DNA of 64,000 nt from a virus (Duplodnaviria > Heunggongvirae > Uroviricota > Caudoviricetes). A model generated the notes under the pieces. That model had not been told where the DNA came from. It was given only the letters and a program-made list of their open reading frames with translations, and searched no databases. The translations under genes and the position numbers were made by a program. Position 1 is the stretch's first letter. Every line of letters begins with the position of its first letter. Positions 61,109-64,000 of this stretch are shown here, one piece after another. The stretch covers positions 38,553 through 102,552 of IMG/VR virus record IMGVR_UViG_2778261689_000001; one strand, 5' to 3'.

Positions 61109-62248
61109 TTACACAGTATCAATGTGTCTGCTAAGGAATCTCCCGAACTGATTTGTTGACCCAAAATAGTTAGGATAAGCCTTTTTAAGAGATTTAATGT
61201 TGTTAGTGGCAAGCAGCACCGCAATTAATACTTCAGGATCCGCATCATCCTTATTAAGTTCCTGGAGGGCTTGTTCCGATTCTTTTTTCCTAAAAGGTTT
61301 CACAGAAACAAGAAACTTTCCAGTATCCTTGCCATTTTTTGTTATGGCGTTTCTCATCCTCACCAAAAAGAATCCATTATGGTTTTTGGGCAGGCTTTTC
61401 TTTAGGTTTGCATCTGATGTCAGCTTCATTGCAAATGTATATGTACTTAATTTTGAGCGAACAGATAAAGCCTCCTCCAATGTTTTAAGCTCTGTTTGAT
61501 AATTTTTGATGGTTTCATCATCAAGAATACAGGCACCTTCATCATGAGCAACTAGGCATCCAGAAAGATAAAAAAATCTTCTCCACTCAGGGTGACCTTC
61601 ATTAGAAGTTTTCAGCTTAATATTTTCAAGTGTATCTATTATCTCCAGACTTGTTGCCCAAGCATGTTGGAGTTCTGTTCTTAGTTGTACTTCGATTTTA
61701 GTTTTACTCCACGGATTGTTACCGTTTTCTTCATCAAAACAACTATATGCAAGGTGAATGCCACTATATCCGCTTGGCTTTGGAGTTAAATAGTCATATT
61801 CCTTTAAGATTTTATGCTTGGAGCGACTTTTAACTAGTCGGTCTTTTAGTTTCTTTAGTTGTTCGATGTTTCTAACTATAGCTCTACATCCGCCAATATC
61901 CTGCATTCTAGTAAGGGCTATTGCATTATTTGTTGCGCCGCCGTCAAGACTTGGACGCTCCAGTTTATCAATTATTGTGCTAAGTCTTTTTAGGCGTCTT
62001 GCAACAATAATCTTATTCTCTTTATCAACTTTTTTTGCAGCCCTATCAAGATGATTTTTCATTAGCATCAATGGATATAAATGAAGCTCGCGGAAATTTT
62101 GAATCATTTTAATTGCTTCTTCTCGCTCTGCGCCCTCACAACCATGTCTAATTTTTCTGGCTGCTTTTTCTATTTGAGATTTCGAATATTTAAGTTCGCA
62201 TTTTTGGCTTTGATATACTTCACTGCCCATTACTAACATCCAGTTCAA
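61109..62248 (-). CDS. Fused toxSAS-type RelA/SpoT-homologue nucleotidyltransferase with a C-terminal regulatory extension (CapRel-like single-gene toxin-antitoxin defence candidate)
   Basis: 379 aa; ordered RSH synthetase motifs RLKRLSTIIDK, DIGGCRAIV, GYSGIHLAY, EVQLRTELQHAWA in the N-terminal about 270 aa; about 100-aa K/N-rich C-terminal domain; AT-rich; occupies the site where P1 carries res-mod. Confidence 0.8.
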   Translation of the reverse strand: MNWMLVMGSEVYQSQKCELKYSKSQIEKAARKIRHGCEGAEREEAIKMIQNFRELHLYPLMLMKNHLDRAAKKVDKENKIIVARRLKRLSTIIDKLERPSLDGGATNNAIALTRMQDIGGCRAIVRNIEQLKKLKDRLVKSRSKHKILKEYDYLTPKPSGYSGIHLAYSCFDEENGNNPWSKTKIEVQLRTELQHAWATSLEIIDTLENIKLKTSNEGHPEWRRFFYLSGCLVAHDEGACILDDETIKNYQTELKTLEEALSVRSKLSTYTFAMKLTSDANLKKSLPKNHNGFFLVRMRNAITKNGKDTGKFLVSVKPFRKKESEQALQELNKDDADPEVLIAVLLATNNIKSLKKAYPNYFGSTNQFGRFLSRHIDTV

Positions 62249-62342
62249 ATGATTAATGTGTTGTTACATATAATAACAAATCAAGCTAGAAATCAATGGG
62301 TATGAAAATGAAACATACCCATAATGTTACCTAACGTAACTA

Positions 62343-62984
62343 TTATAAATAGTTCTGTTTACCTGTTAATTCTCCTTGCGGCACTTGTTTTTGCGTTAGT
62401 GTTTGAGTTCCGCGAATTATGTTAATCAGGGGACTTAGTAATGATGGTTCCTGATGGGCCTCAACTTCTCCAGCCATTGCCCTGATGTAGTCGGCGCTGG
62501 CAACGTTGTTGTATTCCGTCGCAAAGCAACATAGTAACGTCAGAACATGTTCTGTCGTTATTTCGCTCCAGTTGATGTTGAAAAATTCATCGCCTTTTTT
62601 ATCGTGTTCGGAATCGAAGATGCTTTGGTGAAGGATGTATTTGCCGGATTCCTTGCGCGGTAACTTGATCGCTTTCTGGCGTTCCAATTCCTTGTAAATC
62701 TGCATTGCTTCAATCAGTACCGGTCTGCCGTTCATGAAGGGATCACGCAACCTTACACGCTGGCCAACTCGACCGGTAATAAAGCTGTTTTCCTCTTCCA
62801 CCAGCACGATAAAACCCTTTTCCTCTTTTTCTCGCAATTCGCGCAGCAGCTGGAGTTCCATATCGCGGCGGCGTTCAGGGTAGCTGGTCCGCTCAGCCAT
62901 TATCAGCTCATTGTTGATCCATGCAGCAGTCATTGACGCCGGTTTGCCGACGCTCATTGAAACAACGCATATTTTCTTATCCAT
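62343..62984 (-). CDS. Hypothetical protein (213 aa) between the toxSAS gene and the ref-like gene
   Basis: ATG at 62984 (MDKKICVV); no recognisable motif; a weak late-promoter motif lies upstream; hairpin atgggtatg...catacccat downstream (62291-62317). Confidence 0.5.
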   Translation of the reverse strand: MDKKICVVSMSVGKPASMTAAWINNELIMAERTSYPERRRDMELQLLRELREKEEKGFIVLVEEENSFITGRVGQRVRLRDPFMNGRPVLIEAMQIYKELERQKAIKLPRKESGKYILHQSIFDSEHDKKGDEFFNINWSEITTEHVLTLLCCFATEYNNVASADYIRAMAGEVEAHQEPSLLSPLINIIRGTQTLTQKQVPQGELTGKQNYL

Positions 62985-63113
62985 AGCGCCCCTACAAAAA
63001 AGAAAAGCCACCAGCGGCGGCTTAGCAATACAACTGAAGGTAGCGCCCGGTACTCAGACTGTGCCGTCCATGGAATATTTGAAAAGGGATCCATCCGTAC
63101 CGGGCGTGTGATG

Positions 63114-63135
63114 ATTCTGACTCAAGTCACTTGTC
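63114..63135 (-). promoter_or_regulatory. Weak late-promoter motif on the minus strand (gacaagtgact-N5-cagaat) upstream of the 213-aa gene
   Basis: Plus strand agtcacttgtc at 63125-63135; the minus-10 is a poor match. Confidence 0.3.
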
Positions 63136-63165
63136 AGTTGTCAATCATTTAAGATTAAAAATAAT

Positions 63166-63182
63166 ATATTTATTAGTGCATG
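63166..63182. promoter_or_regulatory. Degenerate C1-operator-like site (13 of 17) overlapping the ref-like stop codon
   Basis: atatttattagtgcatg has the atttattag core conserved. Confidence 0.35.
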
Positions 63183-63607
63183 ATGTTTGCCATTTCATAG
63201 GCGTCAGCCAGCAACTCCATCTCTGACTTGTTCAACAAGGTGAATTCTTTCTTGCCTCCTACCACGCCATCTGCATGAACAGGGACCAGCCAAGGGTATT
63301 TTTCTCTTACTTCAGCCGGTGCTGCATGCTGGTGGTGCCATCTGCAAAGGGGCAATTGCTTTTTGTGACAACCCGGCGCGGTACGACCGGAGATATGGTG
63401 CAGAGACACCTCTTCAGATATTACTCCATGCATGTAGCAGGCAATGCAGGGGAGAGTGCCAAGAGCATTGGCGATGGTCCGTTCCTCCGCCGTCGGTGTT
63501 CGCCCCTTCAAGCCACGAGATTTTATTTTTACCGCACTTTTCCGCGTTTTGCTGGCTGGTGGGCGCTCTTTCTGTTTAGCGATACGGCGGTCGATAGAAT
63601 CCCGCAT
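63173..63607 (-). CDS. ref: HNH-type endonuclease (P1 Ref-like recombination enhancement function)
   Basis: 144-aa ORF; basic N-terminal region; Cys/His cluster LPCIACYMHG...LHHISGRTAPGCHKK...CRWHHQH typical of an HNH zinc finger. Confidence 0.6.
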   Translation of the reverse strand: MRDSIDRRIAKQKERPPASKTRKSAVKIKSRGLKGRTPTAEERTIANALGTLPCIACYMHGVISEEVSLHHISGRTAPGCHKKQLPLCRWHHQHAAPAEVREKYPWLVPVHADGVVGGKKEFTLLNKSEMELLADAYEMANIMH

Positions 63608-64000
63608 TTTCTGATAGGGGTCAGTTTGGATATCGAAAATTATTGTACGTTAAGCTCATTTTTTATCATTTCTGGTTTTTTTGGAAACGTAATATTCTGG
63701 ATGTTAAGACGGTCATGCGGGGACATTGAACACAGATAATCATGTCCAGGTACGAACGTCCCATATAGAGTGTGAGCATTGATCGTGCTGTATTTTCGTT
63801 TATAGTAGATAGATTCTGTATCATACAGAGCACGTGGTCAGCACTAAAGTACATTACGCTGACTTATTCTGTTCACTGAGGGCTGAGTACCTGCTTTCAA
63901 GGATTTATCTGCTGAATCATGCGGGTAATGACTCCAACTTATTGATAGTGTTTTATGTTCAGATAATGCCCGATGACTTTGTCATGCAGCTCCACCGATT

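Noticed and set aside
63640-64000. Searched the window end for a loxP site and cre
   Set aside because: No 34-bp loxP-type palindrome (ATAACTTCGTATA-spacer-TATACGAAGTTAT) is present; the window ends before where cre/lox would be expected, and the short ORF 63666..63854 has no support.

Overview
The window is a large segment (about two thirds) of a P1-family temperate phage-plasmid, in reverse orientation relative to the usual P1 map. Recognisable from the sequence: DnaB-type helicase (Ban) with a tRNA/TerB cluster, fused C5/N6 methyltransferase (Dmt), RdgC-like gene, the plasmid replicon (DnaA boxes, GATC heptamers, 5 incC iterons, repA, 9 incA iterons), parA-parB-parS, a virion structural block, the immI region (operator, c4-like antisense RNA, icd, ant, kilA, repL), Sit-like transglycosylase and baseplate genes, the Cin-invertible tail-fibre C-segment, lysis and Dar antirestriction genes (DarA operon, giant DarB), ssb, SAR endolysin, portal/protease, and lxc/ref-like genes. 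A 17-bp C1-operator motif recurs at six places, and an ACAAGTGACT-N5-TAnnnT late-promoter motif precedes several late operons. Accessory cargo stands out against this backbone: (1) a single-gene RelA/SpoT-like toxSAS fusion (CapRel-type candidate defence system) where P1 carries res-mod; (2) a hok/mok-type type I toxin locus; (3) an AT-rich island with an OmpC/NmpC-family porin gene behind a perfect CRP site; (4) an array of tRNA-like hairpin repeats interleaved with three tRNAs. Functions are assigned from motifs, length and synteny recalled from memory; no database search was run.
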